In this document: piece by piece, positions 49,521 through 58,654 of the stretch | Position numbering within the stretch: position 1 is the stretch's first letter | How the letters are laid out: each line of letters begins with the position of its first letter | IMG/VR virus record: IMGVR_UViG_3300025141_000080 | Location: 1 to 63,648 of that record | Direction: 5' to 3' (one strand) | From: a virus | Taxonomy: Duplodnaviria; Caudoviricetes | DNA: 63,648 bases | Translations under genes and position numbers: made by a program | The notes under the pieces: model-generated | What the model saw: only the letters and a program-made list of their open reading frames with translations | What the model was told of the DNA's origin: nothing | The model's database searches: none

Positions 49521-52500
49521 ATGGGGTATTTAGATTTACAACGACTTAATACACTAGAACTTTTTCTTACCGACAAAGGAAAGGAACTAATGATGAGAGA
49601 AAACGGATTAGGTTTCGCCGACCTGTGTGTGCAGTTTTCTTTGGATGACCCCGATTATGATTATAGAAGAACTAGCTATGTTTGGGTAGATGGTATTTCA
49701 CCAAATCCTCCGGGACCTGGTGGTTGGTACCCAAACCCATATGGTAGTACTGAAACTCATTCGAATCACAGTTCAGGGCCGCAATGGTTTGAAGAACTAA
49801 GTAATAATAACCCATGTCGTTCATGTGATGGATGTAGTACACCATTATCAGGGGATTGTTGGTATGATATGCCCGATGTTAGAGGGTCTAGAGGAAGAAC
49901 TATTGTTAGTTGTCACCCAGTTACAGGAACAACTACAGGACTAACAAATTGTACTAATATTTATGCGTTTTATGATGCTACCTCAGTTTATCTCCAAGAT
50001 GCACAAGCGGCGAAAGTAGGGCTAACCCATTGGTTTAGTGGGGTGACGGCCTCAACAATTACAACCGCTAACCCTCATGGTTCATATACGGGTAAGTTAT
50101 TTCATATTCCGGTGTTTGGGGAAAGGTGGTTGAATACCGCTTATTATCCTTGGCATGGAGAACTAGATACAGTTGATTATAATGGACAGGGAAACAGCCT
50201 TAATAGTTTAGCTCTTGCGCCCCGCACACAACCCCTGGACCCAAACGGAGGACTCTATGACGGAACAGGAGTATATGCTTCAGCTGGAGTAACGGGATTA
50301 TATTTACATGTAGATAACTCACAAAACACAGGAAATTGGTCAGGATTCCAGGTTCTTCCTCCAGGAGCATTTGGAGAAACAGGAAATTTTGGGCAAGGTT
50401 CAAGAGCGGAATTTTTTGCAACAGGATGTACTCAAAATAGTGATGATTGCTTCTTCAACACCGGGATAATACATCAACTTCCATATGGTGTTAACCACCC
50501 CATCCCATGTGAAACCGAAGTTTGGCATACAGAGACTCTGCCCAATATCCTATACTCTGCTAATAGTACTACTACAGTATATAAAATGAAAGACGGCTCT
50601 TGGGGTACAGGAATGGAAACTTGGACCACTCAACCTTATATAAACAAATATGGATGGTGGGACTACCACACCAACCTACTTGCTGACTTCAGCATATATG
50701 TAAACGAGACTGTCCGATATAATACGATTACAGGGCTGACTAATCACGAACAGTATAATCTACCTGAGAATGTAGGCCCTCTAATTTGGGAGAGTGATGT
50801 GGGCAGTGGATGTAAACTTAATTGTTGTAATACGAGAGAAAACTCCGGAACATTTAACTACCAACTTAGTGGTGGTACAGGAGGGCCTTTAGGAACAGTC
50901 GTAACTGGAGGAACTAGAATGGAAAGTGAATCATTTAGTAAAGATGATGATTCATTAGAAAATACCGGAAGTCAATTTGGTTGCATGGAGTGTAATCCAT
51001 TTGATAATTTTGTACCATATGAAACAGGACATACCTACAGTATTCAAGGGGCTTTAGGTCTTATGGAAGCTTTTGAAGAACCGGATGGAACAGTTACCTC
51101 CGTAACTGGAAACTGTGGTGTTCGTATATGGTATTTGTCTGGTCCTTGTAAAAAATATAAAGGAGGGGATAAAAATGTAATGGTTGTAAGTATAGTCGAC
51201 GAAGTTAGTTCTATGACTTGCAATGCGACTTCATGGGGAGGAGTCCTTCCTTTGGATTATAAAAACGTTTATAATGGTAATGGAATCTCGGACTACACAT
51301 TGAACAATGACTTTGACCAATTCTCTCCTGGTGCTTCGATGCCACTAAGTCGACAAAAACGTAGAGGATACCACGCAAAAGGAGTATACACCCCAAGCCC
51401 AAGTACATGTCCAGACCCTATGAATGGTCCTGGTTGTACCGGAAATGCAGGTTATCGTGGACCTTATGGGTGTGATGGTACCGCAGCAGATAATTACCCA
51501 ACTCAGTGTGAGATAGTTTCAGGAGTGCATCAAAATGACTGGTCAGCTGGAGGACATCCACAACCAACAATGGATTTTAAATTTGCACAAGATTTATTTA
51601 TGAGGACTCTTCCTTTTTATAATAGTTTTATAGGCTTTTTATACCCTGTAGTAAAAAATCTCGCTAATGCAAGGGCTGAATTTGCTTTACATGCTTATGG
51701 TGCTATAGTAGGAACAACGGTGGACCCCGCAGATTTAATAGAGAACCAAACGGTAGAATCTCAAGGAGGGACTTTCTCCGCAATTACTAAGTCTAACCCA
51801 TATAGTCAAATAAACCCAATTGTATATAATAGACCTACAGTTCCTTTTTCACCAACTAGTTCACCTGCATGGTATAGTGGACAACAATTATACCCTAATT
51901 CATTTGTTCCTCCCTTCCATGTTACACATGGTGTTCAACCGTCAGCCCTAGGAGCTCCTGGTTTAGGTAACTATAATTGGGGAGTTAATCTGTCGGTAGG
52001 GTGTTCAGTTAACGCTCCTTCAGCTGTTGGTTGTTCTAGTTGTAATATATGTTGTAGTTCGGGAGATATATTTTCTGGAGGAACATTTAATAATGACTTA
52101 ACTGAATTTATAAAAGGTGGAGCTTTTAAGATTATTACTACCACCACTGGGTGTACCGAGTGTCAATGTTTACCAGCTGTATTTAGAAGTAATACAGGAC
52201 CACCAATTGTAATTGAGGATGAGGGATGTCCATGTCCTGGTGGAGGATTTGACCCTATATGTTGTATAGGCCCTAGTGGATGTCCATGTGGAGATGGTAG
52301 TTATAGTCCAAGTTGTTGTCCGGACCCAGAAGGACCTGGAGAAAGTATTTGTGGTCCTGCTGCAAGTATCAGTGGGGGACAGGGAGAAACACCATCTACT
52401 GGTGGGGGACAACCAAGCGGAGGAATTGGTGAGGGATTAACACCAAATGGAGGGTTTAGGACTACATCCAACATGAGTGCACCAGTTAGTAACGCTTCTT

Positions 52501-52958
52501 TCCGAGAAAACTTAAATATTCAAAACAATGTTAACTTTAATGTAAACTTACATCAGTTCGTCTATATGGAAAACGGAGAACAAAAGATAGATTATGATAT
52601 TGAATTTGCAAGCACATCCACAGCAAATGGACAAATTATAAAAGAGAATGAAGCATTATTCTATTGGAAAATTGATAACGGAATTATTTCATATGACCCA
52701 AAAGGCAATCCAACCACTCAACCATGTACTTCACTAGAGTGGGCTGCATTAAATCAAAGATATACCGCGAGAGGAGCATATCCTTTTGTGTTCTTAAATT
52801 CTTATAGGAATGGAGACCCCGCCTATTGGAAATATAATAAAGAAGAGTATTGTATTACTTTAGGGGTACATAAGGATAATCAAGTAATGATGGTTACAAA
52901 AAGAATAAGAATTACGGGGGATAATACCTTTGGTTGGCAGTTAAAAATGCTAACATAA
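49521..52958 (+). CDS. tail fibre-like protein with DUF3751-like N-half and vWA-like cassette
   Basis: MGYLD...LTDKGKELM...FSLDDPDYDY; NIYAFYDATSV...GERWL...VSIVDE...FSAITKSNPYS, paralogous to part of ORF 33899. Confidence 0.6.
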   Translation: MGYLDLQRLNTLELFLTDKGKELMMRENGLGFADLCVQFSLDDPDYDYRRTSYVWVDGISPNPPGPGGWYPNPYGSTETHSNHSSGPQWFEELSNNNPCRSCDGCSTPLSGDCWYDMPDVRGSRGRTIVSCHPVTGTTTGLTNCTNIYAFYDATSVYLQDAQAAKVGLTHWFSGVTASTITTANPHGSYTGKLFHIPVFGERWLNTAYYPWHGELDTVDYNGQGNSLNSLALAPRTQPLDPNGGLYDGTGVYASAGVTGLYLHVDNSQNTGNWSGFQVLPPGAFGETGNFGQGSRAEFFATGCTQNSDDCFFNTGIIHQLPYGVNHPIPCETEVWHTETLPNILYSANSTTTVYKMKDGSWGTGMETWTTQPYINKYGWWDYHTNLLADFSIYVNETVRYNTITGLTNHEQYNLPENVGPLIWESDVGSGCKLNCCNTRENSGTFNYQLSGGTGGPLGTVVTGGTRMESESFSKDDDSLENTGSQFGCMECNPFDNFVPYETGHTYSIQGALGLMEAFEEPDGTVTSVTGNCGVRIWYLSGPCKKYKGGDKNVMVVSIVDEVSSMTCNATSWGGVLPLDYKNVYNGNGISDYTLNNDFDQFSPGASMPLSRQKRRGYHAKGVYTPSPSTCPDPMNGPGCTGNAGYRGPYGCDGTAADNYPTQCEIVSGVHQNDWSAGGHPQPTMDFKFAQDLFMRTLPFYNSFIGFLYPVVKNLANARAEFALHAYGAIVGTTVDPADLIENQTVESQGGTFSAITKSNPYSQINPIVYNRPTVPFSPTSSPAWYSGQQLYPNSFVPPFHVTHGVQPSALGAPGLGNYNWGVNLSVGCSVNAPSAVGCSSCNICCSSGDIFSGGTFNNDLTEFIKGGAFKIITTTTGCTECQCLPAVFRSNTGPPIVIEDEGCPCPGGGFDPICCIGPSGCPCGDGSYSPSCCPDPEGPGESICGPAASISGGQGETPSTGGGQPSGGIGEGLTPNGGFRTTSNMSAPVSNASFRENLNIQNNVNFNVNLHQFVYMENGEQKIDYDIEFASTSTANGQIIKENEALFYWKIDNGIISYDPKGNPTTQPCTSLEWAALNQRYTARGAYPFVFLNSYRNGDPAYWKYNKEEYCITLGVHKDNQVMMVTKRIRITGDNTFGWQLKMLT

Positions 52959-52997
52959 TAATTAATTATGGTTTACATTCAGGAATTGGAATTTAAA

Positions 52998-53005
52998 ATA
53001 ATTAT
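52998..53005 (+). promoter_or_regulatory. putative late promoter variant ATAATTAT
   Basis: Intergenic, 21 nt before ATG 53027. A weaker TTTACA-16-TAAAAT also lies at 52972-52999. Confidence 0.4.
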
Positions 53006-53026
53006 ATAATATAAAAAGAAAGTAAA

Positions 53027-54703
53027 ATGGGATATATAAGTAGTGCTACAACAACAGCTTTAGATTTACATATGACTTCGTATGGAAGAAAATATCTATT
53101 AGAAGGAAGTTTAGCCGATGCAATCATAAAATTCGCGTTGGGGGACCCCGATGCAGATTATAGAAATTCTATAAGATTACCATCTGGGTATGTACCAGAT
53201 GTTACCGGGTCTCATCTTAATTGTATTTTTGAAGTGAATGATGGGTATGAACAGAAAGATAAGATAATTTACATGGATGATAATAGCTCTATAAATGCTA
53301 TTACTAATGATAAAACGACAGTAGTTGGAATTAGAAACATAAGTGGAGATTACGATTGGAGTAGTCGGGCTTCCGTCAATGTATATGTACATGACTATCT
53401 TGGATTAATGGTAGGGATGGCACAGTCACAAGCTGGTAATCACCGATTTGGTAATTTTTCTGCCACGTCCCAAACAAATTACTTCACAACAATCAACAAT
53501 ACTTCTAACCAAGCATACTCCCAAAACATGCCTGGTTTATACGCCGACTTAGAACAACAAGGTAGAAGTTTAATAACCAATATATTTGACCAGGTAATGG
53601 TAAAAGATGGTGGTAGATATGTTCCTGCTAATATTTCATTAAGGTTTGTTGCCGAAAAAGACAGAAATATGTTTGAAAAGTTATCGGGAGCGGCCTGGAT
53701 AGATTCGAAGAACGAACCGGTAGTTTCTAAAACAGGAGCAGAAAGAGGTATACGTAAAAAGAGACAAGTAGCTTCTCCCTTTACATTTATAAATAATACC
53801 TACACAGACTCAACAGGAAGAGCTTATATGGGAGCGTCTAATTTTGGATTTGGTTTTGGAAGATATGAATATGGGTATAACGTATCTAATGTTATAGACC
53901 CTAACGCAAACTATTACCCAAGTTATGGGTTTAATAATGATTTTGGTGGACTATATTCCCAATATTTAGTAGAGAATCCGTCGTTCAACAAACAGTTAGA
54001 TAGTAGTAACTTAAACGCTGTTATTCCCGCTGCAAAAATTAACTTAGATAATAATATTAATAGCAATGCTTATTATATCTTACAAACTAATCAATTAAAA
54101 ACCTTAAGTAAATCTGATAATTTTAGAGCTAATCCTAATTCGAATAGGGTAGGTTCTACTATAACTGAATCAAGTTTTGCGTTAGAAACATTCTTAGCCT
54201 TCGCAGCTGGTACGGCGGAGTACCAAGTAACTTCTAACTCTAAAGGGTATGATAAAGGTTTTGAAAAAGTCCAACCCAATAGTAATTACGAACCTTATAC
54301 TATGATAACTAGATTAGTTAGTGATACTGTAGATTTCTTTAGTGCATTACAAGAAGATAACACAGTTGGAAAATTTATAACGAAGAGTGGTACTTCTCTC
54401 ACTGAGAGTGTGTACCAAGTGCCGTTATCATTTTTAGTAGACAATACAGGTGACCCAGCATGTAAATCAGCAACACTAACTCTTAATTTTATATTTAGTG
54501 TTCCCGCTTTACTAGAAAATGTTAAATACGACCCAGCCACACCAACGACTCCAGCACGATACAGAATGTACGCGGATGATAGAACAACCCCTAGATTCTT
54601 TGGTGGAGACTACACAATGATGGGTGGTGCTTACACAATAAATCCGGTAGATAGTGCCACACCTAGTGGTTCTACTATCTTTAGAAAAACTACATTAAAT
54701 TAA
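53027..54703 (+). CDS. tail protein with DUF3751-like N-half
   Basis: MGYIS...MTSYGRKYLLEG...IIKFALGDPDADY...VPDVTG, paralogous to the N-termini of 47055 and 49521. Confidence 0.6.
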   Translation: MGYISSATTTALDLHMTSYGRKYLLEGSLADAIIKFALGDPDADYRNSIRLPSGYVPDVTGSHLNCIFEVNDGYEQKDKIIYMDDNSSINAITNDKTTVVGIRNISGDYDWSSRASVNVYVHDYLGLMVGMAQSQAGNHRFGNFSATSQTNYFTTINNTSNQAYSQNMPGLYADLEQQGRSLITNIFDQVMVKDGGRYVPANISLRFVAEKDRNMFEKLSGAAWIDSKNEPVVSKTGAERGIRKKRQVASPFTFINNTYTDSTGRAYMGASNFGFGFGRYEYGYNVSNVIDPNANYYPSYGFNNDFGGLYSQYLVENPSFNKQLDSSNLNAVIPAAKINLDNNINSNAYYILQTNQLKTLSKSDNFRANPNSNRVGSTITESSFALETFLAFAAGTAEYQVTSNSKGYDKGFEKVQPNSNYEPYTMITRLVSDTVDFFSALQEDNTVGKFITKSGTSLTESVYQVPLSFLVDNTGDPACKSATLTLNFIFSVPALLENVKYDPATPTTPARYRMYADDRTTPRFFGGDYTMMGGAYTINPVDSATPSGSTIFRKTTLN

Positions 54704-54709
54704 TAAACT

Positions 54710-55195
54710 ATGGCAAATCAAACATCACAAGCTTTAATAGATATGAGGGCAAATTTCCCCGACAATTTCTTTAGTACCGTTCCAAACGGTAAAATAAAAT
54801 ACCAAAAAGGTATAATATTTAATGACATTTCTACAAGTAATTCATCAAAAGCCCCAGTCATTGACGATAATACTCCAGGAGAAGTAAAAACTAATGTTGG
54901 TTTTTCTAAATTTATATCAGTTACAAATCCAACATACGACACCTCTTCAGGAGGTAAAATAATGTTGTGTTATAGTCCTGATGCAATAAATTATCAAAGG
55001 GACAATAATGGACAAATTACTGACGCGAGAGTCAATAGAAGATTTTTCTTTCCGGGGGTAGCTTATTTAAAAGTAAGTCCAGACGGTAAGTCATTAACCA
55101 GTGCAGGAGGAGCCCGAACAGTATTAAGTCCAGCAGCCACTACTACTGTAACTAGTGCAAGAATAAGTTCTCAGATTGGTGGGGGGAGATACTAA
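54710..55195 (+). CDS. hypothetical (probably tail) protein
   Basis: 161-aa ORF within the operon. Confidence 0.65.
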   Translation: MANQTSQALIDMRANFPDNFFSTVPNGKIKYQKGIIFNDISTSNSSKAPVIDDNTPGEVKTNVGFSKFISVTNPTYDTSSGGKIMLCYSPDAINYQRDNNGQITDARVNRRFFFPGVAYLKVSPDGKSLTSAGGARTVLSPAATTTVTSARISSQIGGGRY

Positions 55196-55220
55196 TAAAA
55201 AATATATTAAATAAAATAAA

Positions 55221-56327
55221 ATGGAATTTAAATCAGTAACATCAAAAAACGTATATTCAGAAATAATACCTTTTGGTACATTAAACCCTGCTTTTAATGG
55301 GTACAATCAAATCAATGGGTCTAGTTTAAAAATGACAGTAGCTCAAAGGGACCCTAACAATGGGAGAGCTTTTTCTAATTTATATTCCTCATTCTCTTTA
55401 CCTGCAGCTAATTTCCAAGTTACAGGATGGGATATAGATTGGACTAATAATGCTATCCAAAATATAGATGACGCGAATGAGGTTGTAGTTGTAGAAATAC
55501 CTAAAAATACATACGGTGAACTAATTGACGGTCGAACTATAAAGTTAGATTTACCCATAGTTAGTGCTACTACTACCTTAACATGTTATAGTTCGTACTA
55601 TCAAACATATAACGCTTCAAGTGACCCAAGCCCAGAGGCCGAAGTATTTGGACATACATCAGCTCTAAGTCAAGGGTTAACGCCAGATATAGAAACACCA
55701 AGCACTAATGTTTCTTTTCTATTCTCCGACCAAATAGATTTACCTGTTAACGGGGGGTCTTGGGCAGATGGTTACACTACTTCTTCACCACCAAAAGGAT
55801 ATCCAGACGGAACTACTGAATTTTCATTTGACAACACGAAAAAAGTTGCAGCAGCAACTGACACAGGTAGTGGCCTAGATAAACCTATTGGGATTTGTTA
55901 TTTGGATAAAGGATTTATTGTTATAACACATAATGTGGTAAAAGATATGATAGCATGGTCAGGAGCTACCACTTTAACTGGAGGTACATTTGGTACTAGT
56001 TTGGTGAGTGGAGCAACTCAAGTATATTGGTCAACTGGTAGTGATTTAACCTTTTATAGTTTTGAAAAACAATGGGTTCTAGATGTATTATGTCAAGCAG
56101 ACCCAGGTGAATTTTATATTACTTCTAACCCTACCGCCGCAGACTTAAATCCAACAGTGACACCAGGAGGAAATTACGATTTACAAAGTGTAAGTAAACC
56201 TGTTTACATTACTGAAATTGGGTTGTATGATTCATTAGGTCATATGGTTGCCATAGCAAAACCAGATAAACCGATTGAAAAATACTATAATAACCCATCG
56301 TATTTCAATCTAAAGTTTAGATTTTAA
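55221..56327 (+). CDS. tail protein with DUF3751-like C-half
   Basis: IGICYLDKGFIVI...FYITSNPT...VYITEIGLYDSLGHMVAIAKPDKPIEK, paralogous to the C-terminus of 47055. Confidence 0.65.
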   Translation: MEFKSVTSKNVYSEIIPFGTLNPAFNGYNQINGSSLKMTVAQRDPNNGRAFSNLYSSFSLPAANFQVTGWDIDWTNNAIQNIDDANEVVVVEIPKNTYGELIDGRTIKLDLPIVSATTTLTCYSSYYQTYNASSDPSPEAEVFGHTSALSQGLTPDIETPSTNVSFLFSDQIDLPVNGGSWADGYTTSSPPKGYPDGTTEFSFDNTKKVAAATDTGSGLDKPIGICYLDKGFIVITHNVVKDMIAWSGATTLTGGTFGTSLVSGATQVYWSTGSDLTFYSFEKQWVLDVLCQADPGEFYITSNPTAADLNPTVTPGGNYDLQSVSKPVYITEIGLYDSLGHMVAIAKPDKPIEKYYNNPSYFNLKFRF

Positions 56328-56920
56328 TGGATTTTAACACCCCTAAAGTATTAGGATTAGACGTATCAACAAAAACAATAGGTTGGGCTCTCTTTGATTG
56401 GCAGAGTGAAGAATTGTTAGAATTAACACATTTCTCACCACGCATCAAACCACAACCCACTGATAAGATAGAATTATTAATAAAAAAATCGGATGCGTTT
56501 AGTGAAAAACTAAAAGAAGTAAAAAATTTTGGCATACTTAAGGTAATTGTGGAAGAACCATTACTAACATCTAATAATATCTATACGGTAGGAACTTTAC
56601 TTAGATATAATTCCATGATTGTTAAAACTGTACATGATGTGTTAGGTATAGTGCCACATTTTATATCCACTTACGATTCTAGAAAATTTGCCCACCCAAA
56701 TCTCTACTCTGAAAATAAGAAAGGGAAGAAAGTATTATTTGGGGGTCACCCGAAAGGATGTGATAAAAAACAAATTGTATGGGAACAAGTGCAACCTCAA
56801 GAACCACAGATTAAATGGTTATACACTAAAAATAATACTCTTAAAAAAGAGTGTTATGACATGGCAGACGCATATACATGTGTAAAAGGATTTATGAGAA
56901 AAGAAGGCATCTGGGGGTAG
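56327..56920 (+). CDS. RuvC-like Holliday junction resolvase
   Basis: VLGLDVSTKTIGWALF, VIVEEP, DMADAY acidic catalytic pattern of the RNase H fold; TAATG overlap with the upstream gene. Confidence 0.8.
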   Translation: MDFNTPKVLGLDVSTKTIGWALFDWQSEELLELTHFSPRIKPQPTDKIELLIKKSDAFSEKLKEVKNFGILKVIVEEPLLTSNNIYTVGTLLRYNSMIVKTVHDVLGIVPHFISTYDSRKFAHPNLYSENKKGKKVLFGGHPKGCDKKQIVWEQVQPQEPQIKWLYTKNNTLKKECYDMADAYTCVKGFMRKEGIWG

Positions 56921-56949
56921 TTTACAAACCCAACAATTTCTTTTATATT
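56921..56949 (+). promoter_or_regulatory. sigma70-like promoter for the primase block
   Basis: TTTACA (56921-56926), 17 nt, TATATT (56944-56949); same -10 and spacing as 13288-13316. Confidence 0.65.
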
Positions 56950-56955
56950 TAATTT

Positions 56956-57882
56956 GTGAATGATTTCGACCTTACCATAGAAGTATTAGAATCCATATTT
57001 GGAGAACATAAAAACCATTATGCAAATAAAGGACAGATATCTTTTGACTGCCCTGTATGTTCTTATGATATTAAAGGATTAGATAGTGGAGACGGAAAGG
57101 GGAATCTAGAAGTAAATTACTACCAAGGAGTATTTAAATGTTGGGCGTGTTCTGAAACTAACAACACTAAAGGAGGAATTTGGAAATTAATAAGAAAATA
57201 TGGTGATAAGAATCAGAAACAGTTATTTGAATTATCTTACCCCGAAGAACCCCCTCAACTACGACACAATGTTTATAAAAAATTACAATTACCCGAAGAT
57301 TTTATTTATTTAGATGAAGCTAACACTAATGATTTAATTGTTAAACAGGCTCTTAATTATTTACGTAAAAGAAATATAAGTGAAGAAGTAATTAAGAAAT
57401 ATCGTATTGGGTATTGTAGTACCGGAGCACATAAATTAAGAATAATTGTACCTTCTTATGATAGTAATGGTAAAATGAATTATTTTGTCGCTAGAAGTTT
57501 TGTTAAAACAAAATTAAAATATAAGAATCCTCAAGTACAAAAAGACACTATAATATTTAATGAACCTAATATAGATTGGGAAAAAGACATATACTTGGTT
57601 GAAGGAGTATTTGATATGTTTTTTTTAGATAACGCAATACCTATTTTAGGTAAAGTTATTTCAGATAAATTATGGCAAAAACTATATGAAGATTCCCAAA
57701 GTGATATTATTATATGTTTGGACGGTGACGCGTGGAGAGATGGTGTAAAGTTATATGATAAGTTAAACGGGGGTAAATTAAGAGGAAGAATAAAAATAGT
57801 TAAGATGCCTAAAGATAAAGATGTAGCAGATTTAGGTGGTAAAATAAATAAAGAGAATATTGTATCATTAGAAAAAAATTAA
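56956..57882 (+). CDS. DNA primase (Zn finger + TOPRIM)
   Basis: CPVC...FKCWAC zinc finger, YLRKR, IYLVEGVFD, ICLDGDA, KDKDVAD; GTG start. Confidence 0.9.
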   Translation: MNDFDLTIEVLESIFGEHKNHYANKGQISFDCPVCSYDIKGLDSGDGKGNLEVNYYQGVFKCWACSETNNTKGGIWKLIRKYGDKNQKQLFELSYPEEPPQLRHNVYKKLQLPEDFIYLDEANTNDLIVKQALNYLRKRNISEEVIKKYRIGYCSTGAHKLRIIVPSYDSNGKMNYFVARSFVKTKLKYKNPQVQKDTIIFNEPNIDWEKDIYLVEGVFDMFFLDNAIPILGKVISDKLWQKLYEDSQSDIIICLDGDAWRDGVKLYDKLNGGKLRGRIKIVKMPKDKDVADLGGKINKENIVSLEKN

Positions 57883-57883
57883 T

Positions 57884-58654
57884 ATGGATATAAGTGTAGA
57901 GCTCAGTGTGTTCAATAATATAAAGTATTACGATAAACCACATGAATATTATATTGACGGTGTAAGTATGTTGTCCGCTACTAGATTAATTGGAAGATTT
58001 AAACAAGATTTCGATAGTGAGTATTGGTCAGAGAGAAAAGCAAAAGAAAGAAATATAACTAAGGAAGAGATACTCCAAGAGTGGAAGTATAAAGCGGATT
58101 ACGCATGTGAAAAAGGAACCTTGTTCCATGATTATGCGGAAAACTATTTAAATAATAAAATTTTTCCCTACCCAAAAGATAAAGTATTAAAAATATTAGG
58201 TAATAATGATGTGGAGAAAGACTTCGATAAGCTAGTTACATTATTTAATAAGTTCTACCAAGACTCTTACGGTAAGTTAATACCAATAAAATCAGAGCTT
58301 ATAGTTGGAGATGAGGAGTTAGGTATTTGTGGAATGGTAGACCAACTATATTGGAATAATAAATCTAATGAATTACAAATATGGGATTGGAAGACTAATA
58401 AGGAAATTAAAAGAAATAATAGATGGCAAAAGTTTAAAGCACCTATTTCACATTTGGACGTATGTGAGTTTAACACTTATTCTTTACAATTATCCTTATA
58501 TAGATTTATAATTGAAAAAAATACAGAATTAAAATTGGGTGATTCCTATATTGTATGGTTTAATGAAAAAAATGAAGACTACGAACCAATAAAATGTAGA
58601 GATTATCGAGAGGAAATAGAATTAATGATAGAAGAAATTAAAAAGGATGATTAA
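57884..58654 (+). CDS. PD-(D/E)XK exonuclease (RecB/Cas4-like superfamily)
   Basis: KGTLFHDYAE, ICGMVDQL, IWDWKTN, YSLQLSLY. Confidence 0.85.
   Translation: MDISVELSVFNNIKYYDKPHEYYIDGVSMLSATRLIGRFKQDFDSEYWSERKAKERNITKEEILQEWKYKADYACEKGTLFHDYAENYLNNKIFPYPKDKVLKILGNNDVEKDFDKLVTLFNKFYQDSYGKLIPIKSELIVGDEELGICGMVDQLYWNNKSNELQIWDWKTNKEIKRNNRWQKFKAPISHLDVCEFNTYSLQLSLYRFIIEKNTELKLGDSYIVWFNEKNEDYEPIKCRDYREEIELMIEEIKKDD

Noticed and set aside
33899-52958. Diversity-generating retroelement or invertase shufflon acting on tail fibres
   Set aside because: No reverse transcriptase or recombinase, no near-identical TR/VR pair or inverted crossover sites seen; the paralogy is old and protein-level.
5567-56920. 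Stop-codon reassignment (TAG/TGA) as seen in some large phages
   Set aside because: Genes are full length in code 11, and TAG stops (5569, 12163, 15217, 20062, 56920) coincide with natural protein ends.
57884-58654. Cas4 / CRISPR system
   Set aside because: PD-(D/E)XK nuclease lacks the Cas4 four-Cys cluster pattern; no cas genes or arrays in the window.
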